From Thermoanaerobaculia bacterium (GTDB lineage Bacteria; Acidobacteriota; Thermoanaerobaculia; Multivoradales; Multivoraceae): 64,000 nt of DNA. The DNA lies in the NCBI GenBank assembly GCA_963666565.1, contig OY762911.1, forward strand, positions 960,001 through 1,024,000. Reading direction: 5' to 3'. Under the pieces are notes generated by a model that was given only the letters and a program-made list of their open reading frames with translations, ran no database searches and had not been told where the DNA came from. How positions within the stretch are numbered: position 1 is the first letter of the stretch; every line of letters starts with the position of its first letter. Shown one piece after another: positions 47,767-57,468 of this stretch. The position numbers and the translations under genes are program-made.

Positions 47767-50652
47767 TCAGTTCTCCTCGTGCAGCGTCACCACGCCCGCG
47801 TCGCCGTCGACGCTGATCTCCTGCCCCGGCGTCACCCGCTGGGTGATGTTGCCCGTCCCGACGACCGCGGGAATGCCGTACTCCCGCGCGACGATCGAGC
47901 CGTGGCCCAGAATGCCGCCGATGTCGGTGACCAACCCCGAGGCATGCGCGAACAGCGGCGTCCAGGCCGGGTTCGTCATCGGGCACACCAGGATGGAGCC
48001 CGACCGCATCCGGTCGAACTCCGGCGGCGACTTGATCAGGCTCGCCGGCGCGGTCACCGTGCCGGGGCTCACCGGCACGCCGCGCAGGGTGGGGCTGTTC
48101 GGGTCGTTGCGGGCCTGCGTCTCCTTGAAGGCGATGGACGGATGCTCGCTCGCCTCCTCGGGCACGGTGCCGGGCGGGTGCAGGCGCTTGCGCGCTTCCC
48201 GCAGTTCGCGCCGCTCGGCGGCGAGCGCGCCGAGATCGGGCCGGGCTTCGCCGCGCGCGCGGGCCTCGATGGCCTCGCGAAGCTCGTCCGTGACGCAGAA
48301 GTAGACGTCGTCCGGTCGTCCGAACGTGCCGGCCTCGACCAGCCGCCGCCCCAGTTCCGCCGCCAGCGGGCGCAGCACGGGCCAGGCGCTGCCGAGGTAG
48401 AACATCGTCTCCTCGCGGATGGGGTAGAAGAGGTACGTGAACCACAGGCGGAAGCGGAACTGCCAGTACTCCAGGCCGTCGAGCAGTTCCTCGATCCGGC
48501 CAAGCGCCTCCTCCTTCTTGCGGCGCGCGTCGATGTCGTGCTGTTCCGGGCTGTAGTCGCGGTTGGCGACCATCGTCTTCAGCGTGGCGAAGAACGCCGT
48601 CGGATCCTCGCTCTGCGGCGGCTCGACGAAGTCGAGCGTGTAGCCCTGGTGGCCGAAGGTCCCGAGATAGCTGTCGATCGCCTCGAGCGCCGGACCGCTC
48701 TCCGGGTGGGCCTCCAGCGCGGCCATGAGCCGTGAGGCCGGGGTCACCATGACCAGTTCCCACAGCGAGTCGTCGGCCCGGATGCGTTTGGCGACCTCGT
48801 AGATCGCGTCGTTCGCTTCCATCGTCTTCGACTTGAAGCCGCTCAGAAACTGGCCGCTCGTGAAGTGGTGGTCGGGCAGCGTCTCGCGCAGGAAGCACTG
48901 AAGCTGGTCGTCGGTCGACTTGGCGACGCCGAACGTGTGCCCGGTGTCGTTCGACCAGTAGTCGCCCTCGGCCACGGCCAGGTCGACGATGCCCTTGAGC
49001 AGCGTCTCGTCGGACGCCGCGGCGGGATCCACTTCGCGCCATTCGCCGGCGATCCGGACCAGGCGCGGCATCGTCTCTTCCCGCCACTTCCTGAGCACGC
49101 CGTCGTTCCACTGGGTGCGATTGAAGGCGATGTAGGTCGGGTTCCTGCTCTCGGGCATGGTCACCCGCTGCGCCAGGGAATCGCCGAGTCCGGCCGAGGC
49201 CGCCCAGGCGTCGAAGGCGCGGCGGTCCTCGTCGCTGAGCGCGTCCCGAAACAGCTTCAGGTCGTGCTCCGCCATCTCCAGGTTCTCCGCGGGGGAGTCC
49301 TTGCGCCGCTCGGCCATGGCGCGTTCGGCGGCCTCCAGTTCGTCCTCGGTCGGCTTCCTGATCTCCTTGTTGTCGCCGTCCGGGAAGAGCATCTGCCAGT
49401 CGCCGCGCTGGTAGGCGAAGCCGTGCATCGTGACGAAGACCGGGCCGCCGCCGATCATCATGCTCTTGCCCTTGCGAGCCTTCTCCAGGCCGACGGTCAG
49501 GTAGAGCTCCTCGAACAGCGGGCAGATCGGGTCGGGCATGTTCTCGACGATCTGGCGGCGCGTCAGGATGCGGGCCGGCGGGGTGGGCGTCCACTCGACG
49601 TCGATCGGCTGCGGCGGCAGGTTCGTGATCGGCCGCGACTGGAGCAGGTGGAGCCTGCCGCCGGAGATCGCCCACTCGATGTCCTGGGGCACGCCGTCGA
49701 ACCGCGCCTCGACGGCGGCGCCGAGTTCGGCGAGTTCCCGCAGCGCCTCCGGCGACAGGGACGATCGGCCGCGGTCGGCTTCGTCGATCTCCTCGATCCG
49801 CGTGCCGTGGTCGCCGTCCTGGACGATCCGGCGCTCCTTGGCGCCGATGATCGTCTCGGTGGCCTCGCCGGTCGCGCGGTCGACGACCCAGGTGTCCGGC
49901 GTGACCTCGCCGCCGACGACCGCCTCGCCGAGGCCGAAGCTGGCGTTGACGATGGCTTCCGAGCGCTCGCCGGTGGCCGGATTGGCGGTGAACAGGATGC
50001 CCGAGACCTCGGACGGCACCATGATCTGCACGACGACGGCCATCGCGACCTTGCCGTGGTCGACGCCCAGTTGGTGGCGGTAGGCGATCGCGCGCGGCGT
50101 CCACAGCGACGCCCAGCAGTCGCGGACGGCCTGGACGACCGCGTCCTCGCCGCGGACGTTCAGGTAGGTGTCCTGCTGGCCGGCGAAGGATGCCTCCGGC
50201 AGGTCCTCGGCGTTGGCGGAGGAGCGCACGGCCACCGACGGGTTGGCGTGCGCCGACGCCCCGAGACCTCTCGCGGGCTCGGCGTTTCGGCCCGTCTCGT
50301 CCTGGCTGGCTTCGCTGCGTCCCGCGGCGCAAGATGCCAGTTCGCGGTAGGCGGCGGCGATCCCGGCGGCCGTCGAGTCGGCCAGGGCAGGTTCGCCGAG
50401 GAGCGCCTGGATCGCGGCCGAAGCCTTGTCGAAGGAGACGGCGCCGTTCACCAGTTCGGGCTTGGCCAGTTCGACGATGCGCTCCTTCAGGCCGTGCTCG
50501 TCGACGAAGGACCGGTAGGCGGCCGTGGTGACGTGGAAGCCGCCCGGGACCGCGAACCCGGAGTTCGACAGACGCGCCAGCGAGCGGCCCTTGCCGCCCA
50601 GGAGGTCCAGGTCGTCGTCGCGGGTGTCGAGCGGACGGACGAAGGCGTGCAT
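47767..50652 (-). CDS. PEP-utilising enzyme with rifampicin-phosphotransferase-like architecture
   Basis: GGKG, VAVRSSA.AED...SFAGQ, GLGEAVV, QDIEW, LQSRPIT; C-terminal swivel domain TNPAWTP...GGILGHGSIVAREYGIP. Confidence 0.9.
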   Translation of the reverse strand: MHAFVRPLDTRDDDLDLLGGKGRSLARLSNSGFAVPGGFHVTTAAYRSFVDEHGLKERIVELAKPELVNGAVSFDKASAAIQALLGEPALADSTAAGIAAAYRELASCAAGRSEASQDETGRNAEPARGLGASAHANPSVAVRSSANAEDLPEASFAGQQDTYLNVRGEDAVVQAVRDCWASLWTPRAIAYRHQLGVDHGKVAMAVVVQIMVPSEVSGILFTANPATGERSEAIVNASFGLGEAVVGGEVTPDTWVVDRATGEATETIIGAKERRIVQDGDHGTRIEEIDEADRGRSSLSPEALRELAELGAAVEARFDGVPQDIEWAISGGRLHLLQSRPITNLPPQPIDVEWTPTPPARILTRRQIVENMPDPICPLFEELYLTVGLEKARKGKSMMIGGGPVFVTMHGFAYQRGDWQMLFPDGDNKEIRKPTEDELEAAERAMAERRKDSPAENLEMAEHDLKLFRDALSDEDRRAFDAWAASAGLGDSLAQRVTMPESRNPTYIAFNRTQWNDGVLRKWREETMPRLVRIAGEWREVDPAAASDETLLKGIVDLAVAEGDYWSNDTGHTFGVAKSTDDQLQCFLRETLPDHHFTSGQFLSGFKSKTMEANDAIYEVAKRIRADDSLWELVMVTPASRLMAALEAHPESGPALEAIDSYLGTFGHQGYTLDFVEPPQSEDPTAFFATLKTMVANRDYSPEQHDIDARRKKEEALGRIEELLDGLEYWQFRFRLWFTYLFYPIREETMFYLGSAWPVLRPLAAELGRRLVEAGTFGRPDDVYFCVTDELREAIEARARGEARPDLGALAAERRELREARKRLHPPGTVPEEASEHPSIAFKETQARNDPNSPTLRGVPVSPGTVTAPASLIKSPPEFDRMRSGSILVCPMTNPAWTPLFAHASGLVTDIGGILGHGSIVAREYGIPAVVGTGNITQRVTPGQEISVDGDAGVVTLHEEN

Positions 50653-50653
50653 G

Positions 50654-51430
50654 CTAGTTCCAGAACCGGTCGAGCCGGGTCCAGGACCGGATCGGGATCA
50701 CCTCGCCGGTGAGGAGCGCGGAAGCCGGGGAGGCCAGGAAGAGGCAGAGATCCGCGACGTCCTCCGGGTCGGGCGGCCGCTCCAGGCGGGGCACGGGCGT
50801 ACCGTCCTCCTTCTCGGCCGGCTGGATGACGCCCCACTTCACCATCGCGGGCGTGGCGATCAGCCCGGGCGCCACGCAGTTGACGCGGATGTTGTGCTTC
50901 GCCCACTGGAAGGCGAGGTTGTTGCTCAGGCTGATCACGCCCGCCTTTGCCGCCGAGTAGTGGAGCATCCCGGGATGCCCCTTGGTGCCGGCGACCGACG
51001 AGATGTTGACGATGTTGCCGCTCTGCTGCTCGATCATCCGCTTGCCCGCGGCGATGCAGCACAGCCACGTGCCGGTCAGGTTGAGATCGACGATGCGCTG
51101 CCACTCGTCGTAGGGCGTGTCCTCGGGCATGCGCGGCGTCGCGCCGCCGCCGGCGTTGTTGACCATGACGTCGAGCCGGCCGAAGGCGCCGACGGTCTCC
51201 GCGATCAGCCCGTTCACCTGGTCGGGGACGGTGATGTCGCAACCGACGGCCAGCGCCGTCCCGCCCGACGCCTCGATCTCGCCGACGACGCCGTCCAGGT
51301 TCTCCTTCTTGCGCGACGCGACGACGACGCTGGCGCCCGCCTCGGCGTAGGCCTTCGCGATGCAGGTGCCGATGCCGCCGGCGCCGCCGGTGACGATGGC
51401 GACGCGATCCGTCAGGTCGAGTTTGGACAT
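50654..51430 (-). CDS. SDR oxidoreductase
   Basis: TGGAGGIG, NNAG, YSAAK. Confidence 0.93.
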   Translation of the reverse strand: MSKLDLTDRVAIVTGGAGGIGTCIAKAYAEAGASVVVASRKKENLDGVVGEIEASGGTALAVGCDITVPDQVNGLIAETVGAFGRLDVMVNNAGGGATPRMPEDTPYDEWQRIVDLNLTGTWLCCIAAGKRMIEQQSGNIVNISSVAGTKGHPGMLHYSAAKAGVISLSNNLAFQWAKHNIRVNCVAPGLIATPAMVKWGVIQPAEKEDGTPVPRLERPPDPEDVADLCLFLASPASALLTGEVIPIRSWTRLDRFWN

Positions 51431-51502
51431 GCTGGTGATCCTCTTGAGGCGGAGCTTCGCTTCGTCACCCGGCAGATCGCGCGATTCACGAGTCTCGCCA
51501 CG

Positions 51503-52552
51503 TCAGTTCGGAGTCTTGCTCACTCTTCCGGTCGGCACGCGGCCGCCCTCGCCGGCGCCGGCGACGACGCCGCCCGGGCAGCCGCCGCCGGGCGGAACGA
51601 CCCATTCGCAGCCCGGCGTGTTCTCCGGGCCGTCGTCGTGGCAGGCGAGGAGTGCCGCGTAGTCGGCCTTCAGGCTGCCGGGCCTGCGCGGCGGCATGAA
51701 CTCGTTCACGTGTACCTGGCCGGCTTCGAGCAGCCGGGCGGTGCGCGTCGGCGCCCGGTGGCAGTCGAGGCAGGCGTTGCCCTCGATGTGCGGCGTCCTC
51801 ATGTCCCAGTGCGTTCCGCCGACCACCCAGTAGGGCGCTTCGGGATCCACCCAGCCCGGCAGGACGGGTTCGCTCGGGTCGGACGGCAGCTTGGCGCCGT
51901 CGATCCAGGGGTCGTGCAGAAAGGCGTTGTTCTGGTGGCACTGGACGCACTGGACGCCCGGAGGCGGCGGGATGAAGGCGTCGTCGAAGGCGTCGTCGTC
52001 CGGGCCGGGGAGCTTCCCGGCGAGGACACCGTCGTCGTCGAGGTGGAGGTACTTCGCCTGTCTGAGATCGCCGATCCCGTCCGGCGACTCGAAGAAGCAG
52101 GTGGCGCCCGTGGTCTTGTTGTGTCCGATCATCTGGACGGAGGAGATGCCCTTCGCGAAGAGTTCCCGGCCGGCCGAGCGGCAGAGGTACGCCCAGACGA
52201 CGTCGTCCAGCGGGCTGCCGTCGGCGGCCTTGCCCTGCACCCTGCCGATCCGCGAGCCGACGTTGCAGTTGCCCTTGAAGTCGGGCGTGTCGCACTGGCG
52301 GTAGCCGGGGCTCTCGAAGACCTCGACGCCGTCGACGTGGATGGGGATGCGCACGCCGGCGCCGCAGTCGATCGTCGGCGGCACGCCGACGTGCGGGAGG
52401 CACATCGCGGCGTACTCGGATGCCGTCTCCGGCATCGTCTGCGCCTTGCCGCCGGGTATGCAGGCGTCCTCGGCCGTCGCCGCGCCGGCCGGCGCCACGG
52501 CCGCGAGAAGCGCAGCCGCGACGGCCAACCCTGAGATCGCTCGAAGTTCCAT
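51503..52552 (-). CDS. Secreted Cys-rich protein with two CxxCH motifs (putative dihaem cytochrome c)
   Basis: Signal peptide, CVQCH, CLDCH; GAGGGAGG RBS. Confidence 0.75.
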   Translation of the reverse strand: MELRAISGLAVAAALLAAVAPAGAATAEDACIPGGKAQTMPETASEYAAMCLPHVGVPPTIDCGAGVRIPIHVDGVEVFESPGYRQCDTPDFKGNCNVGSRIGRVQGKAADGSPLDDVVWAYLCRSAGRELFAKGISSVQMIGHNKTTGATCFFESPDGIGDLRQAKYLHLDDDGVLAGKLPGPDDDAFDDAFIPPPPGVQCVQCHQNNAFLHDPWIDGAKLPSDPSEPVLPGWVDPEAPYWVVGGTHWDMRTPHIEGNACLDCHRAPTRTARLLEAGQVHVNEFMPPRRPGSLKADYAALLACHDDGPENTPGCEWVVPPGGGCPGGVVAGAGEGGRVPTGRVSKTPN

Positions 52553-52577
52553 CCGGTCCTCCCTCGTTGCGACCGCC

Positions 52578-52606
52578 AGTGTACCGAACTTGTAACAGTG
52601 TCTCAA
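52578..52606 (-). promoter_or_regulatory. Sigma70 promoter TTGAGA-N17-TACACT overlapped by operator copy 2
   Basis: Minus strand reads TTGAGACACTGTTACAAGTTCGGTACACT. Confidence 0.7.
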
Positions 52607-52646
52607 CTTGGAGTTGGCGGCATGTCGGTGTTTCTGTCGGGCGCCG

Positions 52647-52851
52647 CTGGGTGCGCGGGTCTTCCGACCCGCTGCCGGCGGAGCCGGCCAGGCAACCGCG
52701 CCGGCCGGAGGCCGGCACTATCTGTGGCTGGCGCCACGTTTGGCGCGGTCGCCGGCCTCCGGCCGGCGGTCCCTTTGTCCGGGCTGCGCCGCTCCGCGGC
52801 TTCGCCCGTGAGCGGGTCGGAAGACCCGCGCACCCAGCGCCGCGCACCCGG
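52647..52851. repeat. REPIN-like doublet between divergent promoters
   Basis: Cores at ~52649 (+) and ~52812 (-); duplicated GCGCACCC tail. Confidence 0.9.
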
Positions 52852-52880
52852 AACGCCGACGCCGCAGGGGTTGCCCTCGA

Positions 52881-52903
52881 CTTGAAACGCTGTAACATGT
52901 TTC
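52881..52903. promoter_or_regulatory. Putative TetR operator, copy 3
   Basis: CTTGAAACGCTGTAACATGTTTC, 20/23 identical to the reverse complement of 44080-44102. Confidence 0.72.
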
Positions 52904-52936
52904 CCTTCCCTTCAAGAAACGTCCCAGGAGGCAGGC

Positions 52937-55888
52937 ATGAACCCGAAGCATCGCGACGGCCGAAGGACTCGGAAGCTCATCCTGTTGGCGTTTCTCGCCA
53001 TGGCGGTACTCGCCCTGCCGGCCGCGGCCCAGGACGGCAGCGTCTCGGGCACGGTCTACGACCGCGACGGCGGCGCCCTGCCGGGCGTCACCGTCAGCCT
53101 CCAGGACGCCGACGGCGGCGACACCGGCAAGAACGCGCAGACCGACGCCGCCGGCGCCTTCCGCATCGACGGCGTCGCCGACGGCAGCTATACGGCGACG
53201 GCCTCGCTCCAGGGCTTCCGGTCCGCCAGCGAAACGGTCGAGGTGTCGGGCGGCGCCGGTTCCGTCGAGTTCGCGCTCGGCCTCTCCGTCGTGGAGCAGA
53301 TCGTCGTCCAAGGCGAGATCGGCGAAGAGAACGTCCTCAGGCGGCCGATGACCGTTACCGGCTTCAACGAGGGCATGGTCGTCGAGCTCGGCATGAACAA
53401 CAACAACGACCTCGAAGCGCTCACGCCGGGCCTGCAGATCGGCCACCAGTCGCCCGACTCCGGCCACGGCAACCACCTCTACCTCCGCGGCATCGGCTCG
53501 CAGCGCAACCAGGAGTTCTTCCAGGCCACCGCGGTCGCCACCTACGTCGACGGCATCTACACGGACGAGCTCTACGCGCTCGAGCCCGGCAACCTGTTCG
53601 ACGTCGAGAGCATGAACGTGGCGCGCGGCCCGCAGGGAACCACCGGCGGCCGCGCCGCGATCGCCGGCGCGATCAGCTTCAACACGATCAAGCCGACCGC
53701 CCAGTTCGACGTCAACGCCCTGGCCGAGTACACCGATCAGACCTCGCAGCGCGGCGACCTCGCCATCGGCGGACCGCTCGGCGACAGCCGGGTGAGTTGG
53801 CGCTTGACGGCGGGAAGCTGGCAGGGCGAGGGCGCGCAGCCCAACATCGGCCCCGGCGGCGACTACGACGAACCGGACAACGTCCACTGGGCGCCGCAGC
53901 TTCGCTATCTCGGCGAGACGGTCGACTTCAACCTCCGCTACGCCGGCCGCGAGGACAGCGGCGCGCCCCGCACCTCGGTCGAACTGACCGGCCGCGACGT
54001 GACGACCGAATGCCTGCTGACTGGCACCGACCCGGAGGGCAACCCGACCTGCCTGTTCCCGAATCCCTTCCTCGGCGCGGCGAACCAGGCGCCGTCGGTC
54101 AGGGACTGCGATCTCAGCGATCCGAACCGGCTCATCTGCCCCGGCGACGACCTGCGCAACGTGGTCGACTACAACACGCCGGGCAACGAGGACTCCGAAC
54201 TCCAGATGGCCGTGGCCGACCTGAACGTCCGGCCCAGCCGCGGGCTCAGCCTGACCTACAAGGGCGGCTACCGGGAAACGACGGAGAACGCGCAGACCGA
54301 CACCGACGGCACCTCGCGCGTCGGCGGCCCGAACGATCCGTTCCGCGACGCGAACGGTTACCCGTTCTCCGACACGATGACGAACTACTTCCGCTACTCG
54401 GAGCAGCTTTCGCACGAGTTGCGGCTGGCCTCGAGCTTCGCCGGCGACTTCCAGTTCGTTCTCGGCGCTTTCCAGCGCGACGGGGACGAGCCCTACGACG
54501 CGCGCTTCTTCGACTTCGCCAACCCCGCGTTCAACACGAACACGCTGGCGACCTGCCAGGCGCTGCTCCCGTTCTTCGGATTGCCTCTCCTGTCGGAGCA
54601 CGGCACCACGTCGGCAGTTTCCGGTCAGGGCGTCTGGGCCTGCCCGGGCGAACTGCTCGACTGGTCGAACGCGGGCGCCATCGGCGCCTTCTCCGACGGC
54701 AACATGAACGGCCACTGGCTCGACTTCTACGGCCACTCGCAGTTCGAGACCCTGGCGTACTACGGCAACGTCGAGTACCAGGTCGGCGACAGGTGGACGC
54801 TGTTCGGCGGCATCCGCCACGACCAGGACATCAAGACCCACGTCCAGAACGACATCCGCATCGGCATCAACTTCGGCTTCGGGGTCGACCTGTGGATCTT
54901 CCGCAACGCCGCGGTGGAGGGCTTCGAGGGCAAGAACGACGCGGAGTGGAACCAGACCACCTGGAACGCGGGCGTCCAGTACTCGGCCAGTCCCGCCAGC
55001 ATGTGGTACGGCCGAATCTCCAAGGGCGGCCGCCCCGGCGGCTTCGTCGGCTTCGGCAACCTGACCGAGGTGACCTTCGATTCGGAGGAACTCATCAACT
55101 ACGAAACCGGCTGGAAGGGCCTGCTGGCCGACAACCGGCTGCAACTGGAAGCCTCCGTCTTCTACAACGACTACCAGGGCTACTGGATCAACTCCAGCCG
55201 CCTGCTGCCGGTTGAGCAGCGGATCCCCGGCGAGAGCATCTTCGAAGGCGAGATGAACACGATCGACGGAAGCTGGATCTCGGGGCTCGAGCTCAACGCG
55301 GCCTTCCGGGCCACCGACAACTTCACGATCCGCGGCTGGTACAACTACCTCGACTCGGCGATCGGAGACTTCGACACCACCTATTGTTGCGACCCCGCCG
55401 CGCCGACCGAGACGGTCGAGTTCCAGGACCGCGAGGGCAACACCTTCACGCAGGAGATCGCCAGCCTGACGAATTTCGGCGGCAACCGCATGCCGCTGCA
55501 GCCCAGGCACAAGTTCTCGCTGACCGCGATCTACGACCTCGGCAACCTCCGCCTGCTGGCCACCGCCGGCCACACGACGAAGAAGAACACGGACATCAGC
55601 AACCTGCCGAAGTACAAGATCCCCGAGTACACCCGCATCGACCTGCGGGCGATCTGGTTCACCGGGATCGAGGGCCTGCAGGTCCACGCCTTCGCCAAGA
55701 ACGTCCTCGACGAGATCGCCGTGCAGCAATGGCGGCCGAACGAAGGCTACGGTTACGACACCGGCGTGATCCGTGGTTCGCTCACCGACCAGCGCGAGGT
55801 CGGCGTGATGGCGAGCTTCCGCCTCGGCGGCCGCAAGACCCTCTACGGCCTCGGCGGAGGAATGGGCCCGTCAGCCGGCGGGAAGTAG
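52937..55888 (+). CDS. TonB-dependent receptor with an N-terminal carboxypeptidase-regulatory-like domain
   Basis: VSGTV.D..G.ALPGVTV, YLRGIG, YVDGIY, RGPQGT, PGGF, YETGWK, KNVLDE. Confidence 0.9.
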   Translation: MNPKHRDGRRTRKLILLAFLAMAVLALPAAAQDGSVSGTVYDRDGGALPGVTVSLQDADGGDTGKNAQTDAAGAFRIDGVADGSYTATASLQGFRSASETVEVSGGAGSVEFALGLSVVEQIVVQGEIGEENVLRRPMTVTGFNEGMVVELGMNNNNDLEALTPGLQIGHQSPDSGHGNHLYLRGIGSQRNQEFFQATAVATYVDGIYTDELYALEPGNLFDVESMNVARGPQGTTGGRAAIAGAISFNTIKPTAQFDVNALAEYTDQTSQRGDLAIGGPLGDSRVSWRLTAGSWQGEGAQPNIGPGGDYDEPDNVHWAPQLRYLGETVDFNLRYAGREDSGAPRTSVELTGRDVTTECLLTGTDPEGNPTCLFPNPFLGAANQAPSVRDCDLSDPNRLICPGDDLRNVVDYNTPGNEDSELQMAVADLNVRPSRGLSLTYKGGYRETTENAQTDTDGTSRVGGPNDPFRDANGYPFSDTMTNYFRYSEQLSHELRLASSFAGDFQFVLGAFQRDGDEPYDARFFDFANPAFNTNTLATCQALLPFFGLPLLSEHGTTSAVSGQGVWACPGELLDWSNAGAIGAFSDGNMNGHWLDFYGHSQFETLAYYGNVEYQVGDRWTLFGGIRHDQDIKTHVQNDIRIGINFGFGVDLWIFRNAAVEGFEGKNDAEWNQTTWNAGVQYSASPASMWYGRISKGGRPGGFVGFGNLTEVTFDSEELINYETGWKGLLADNRLQLEASVFYNDYQGYWINSSRLLPVEQRIPGESIFEGEMNTIDGSWISGLELNAAFRATDNFTIRGWYNYLDSAIGDFDTTYCCDPAAPTETVEFQDREGNTFTQEIASLTNFGGNRMPLQPRHKFSLTAIYDLGNLRLLATAGHTTKKNTDISNLPKYKIPEYTRIDLRAIWFTGIEGLQVHAFAKNVLDEIAVQQWRPNEGYGYDTGVIRGSLTDQREVGVMASFRLGGRKTLYGLGGGMGPSAGGK

Positions 55889-55900
55889 CCACCACACACC

Positions 55901-56045
55901 CTGGGTGCGCGGGTCTTCTGACCCGCTGCCGCCGAAGGCGGCGGACAGTATCGTCGCCGGCCTCCGGCGCGAACCAGCGATCTGAACGCCACATACTGGG
56001 TGCGCCGGCGTCCCCGCCGGCATCCGGCGCGAAGCGCCGGCTTCC
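55901..56045 (+). repeat. Tandem REP-like elements, subtype A then subtype B
   Basis: Cores at 55903 and 55998. Confidence 0.9.
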
Positions 56046-56083
56046 GGACCTCTGCGGCGCTCGGTTTCGCTAACCTGCCCCGC

Positions 56084-57322
56084 GTGAAAGGCGCTCTATC
56101 CGGTTGGGCCGCCGTCCTCCTGCTCGCCAGCCTTCTCGCCGCGCCGCTCCAGGCGCAGCCGATCGAGGCCTCGAAGGGCGACGCGGCGGAGCTGATCGCG
56201 AGGATCGAGGCACCACGGGACGCGGGGTCGAGCGACGACTCCGGCAAGAGCCTCGCGGAGCTGATGGAGACGCACGGCATCCCGGCGCTGAGCGTCGCCG
56301 TCGTCGAGGACTACCGGCTGCACTGGGCCAGGGCCTGGGGCGTGGCGCACGAATCTACGGGTGCGCCCGCCGACACGGACACCCTCTTCCAGGCCGCCTC
56401 GATCAGCAAGCCGGTGTCGGCGATGGCGGTGCTCCGGGCGGTCCAGGACGGACTCTTCGACCTCGACGACGACATCAACTCGATTCTCCAATCCTGGCAC
56501 CTCCGGGACGACGCGGAACTGCTCGCGGAGACACCGGTGACGGTGCGGATGCTGCTCAGCATGACGGCCGGCACCACCGTCTCGGGGTTTCCCGGCTACA
56601 AGCCCGACGCCGAGCTGCCGACCGTCGCCGAGGTCCTCGGCCGCAAGGACGAGGAAACGCCAGCGAACACCGACCCGGTCGTCGTCGGCTGGCAGCCCGG
56701 CAGCCGCTACGAGTACTCGGGAGGCGGCTCGACCATCCTGCAGCTTGCCCTGAGCGACGCCAAGGCTGAGCCGTTCGACCAGATCCTCCAGGAGACCGTC
56801 CTCGACCCGCTCGGCATGACCCGCAGTTGCTTCTGCCAGCCGCTACCGGAGGCACTCCACGGCAACGCGGCCCGGGCCGGCGGATCGGCGGCCAGGCCCG
56901 ACGGGGACGGTGGGGCGCCCCGCGCACCCTGGCACGTCTACCCGGAACTCTACGCCGCGGGCCTGTGGACGACGCCGTCGGATCTGGCGAAGTTCCTGAT
57001 CGAGGTCCAGCTTTCACTGGAAGGCCGCTCGAACCGCATCCTCACGACCGAGTCCACCCGCAAGATGGTGACGCCCGGAGGCGTGGGCCACTACGCTCTC
57101 GGCTTCACTACCGGTGCCGACACTCCGCATCGCCCGGCGCCGCCCGGAGAAGCGGACCGCCGTTTCGGACACACGGGCGGCAACTGGGGCTTCCGCGGGA
57201 ACTTCGTCGGATCGCTCGAAGGAGGTAACGGCTATGTCATCCTGGCCAACAGCAGCGAAGCCAACCCGGTCGTCTTCGTCGAGTTGCCGACCAGAATCCG
57301 GGCCGCTTACGGCTGGGAGTAG
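56084..57322 (+). CDS. Serine hydrolase, beta-lactamase-related family
   Basis: FQAASISK, YEYSGG, GHTG; signal peptide; TAACCT ends 7 nt before the GTG. Confidence 0.9.
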   Translation: MKGALSGWAAVLLLASLLAAPLQAQPIEASKGDAAELIARIEAPRDAGSSDDSGKSLAELMETHGIPALSVAVVEDYRLHWARAWGVAHESTGAPADTDTLFQAASISKPVSAMAVLRAVQDGLFDLDDDINSILQSWHLRDDAELLAETPVTVRMLLSMTAGTTVSGFPGYKPDAELPTVAEVLGRKDEETPANTDPVVVGWQPGSRYEYSGGGSTILQLALSDAKAEPFDQILQETVLDPLGMTRSCFCQPLPEALHGNAARAGGSAARPDGDGGAPRAPWHVYPELYAAGLWTTPSDLAKFLIEVQLSLEGRSNRILTTESTRKMVTPGGVGHYALGFTTGADTPHRPAPPGEADRRFGHTGGNWGFRGNFVGSLEGGNGYVILANSSEANPVVFVELPTRIRAAYGWE

Positions 57323-57328
57323 CCGCCA

Positions 57329-57468
57329 CTGGGTGCGCGGGTCTGCCATCCGCGCGCCCGATGACGGGCGCACGGACTGGGACGCCGGTGGTGCGGGGGC
57401 GCGCCACCAGGGTGCTGACCCGCTGCCGCCAAAGGCGGGCATCAGACCGCGCCGGCCGTCAGGCCGGC
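57329..57468 (+). repeat. REP-like subtype A with a 73-nt module in the loop
   Basis: GCGGGTC (57337-57343) ... GACCCGC (57417-57423). Confidence 0.88.

Noticed and set aside
47767-50652. Calling the gene rph or ppsA
   Set aside because: Architecture is RPH-like, not PpsA-like, but the substrate domain cannot be assigned by eye.
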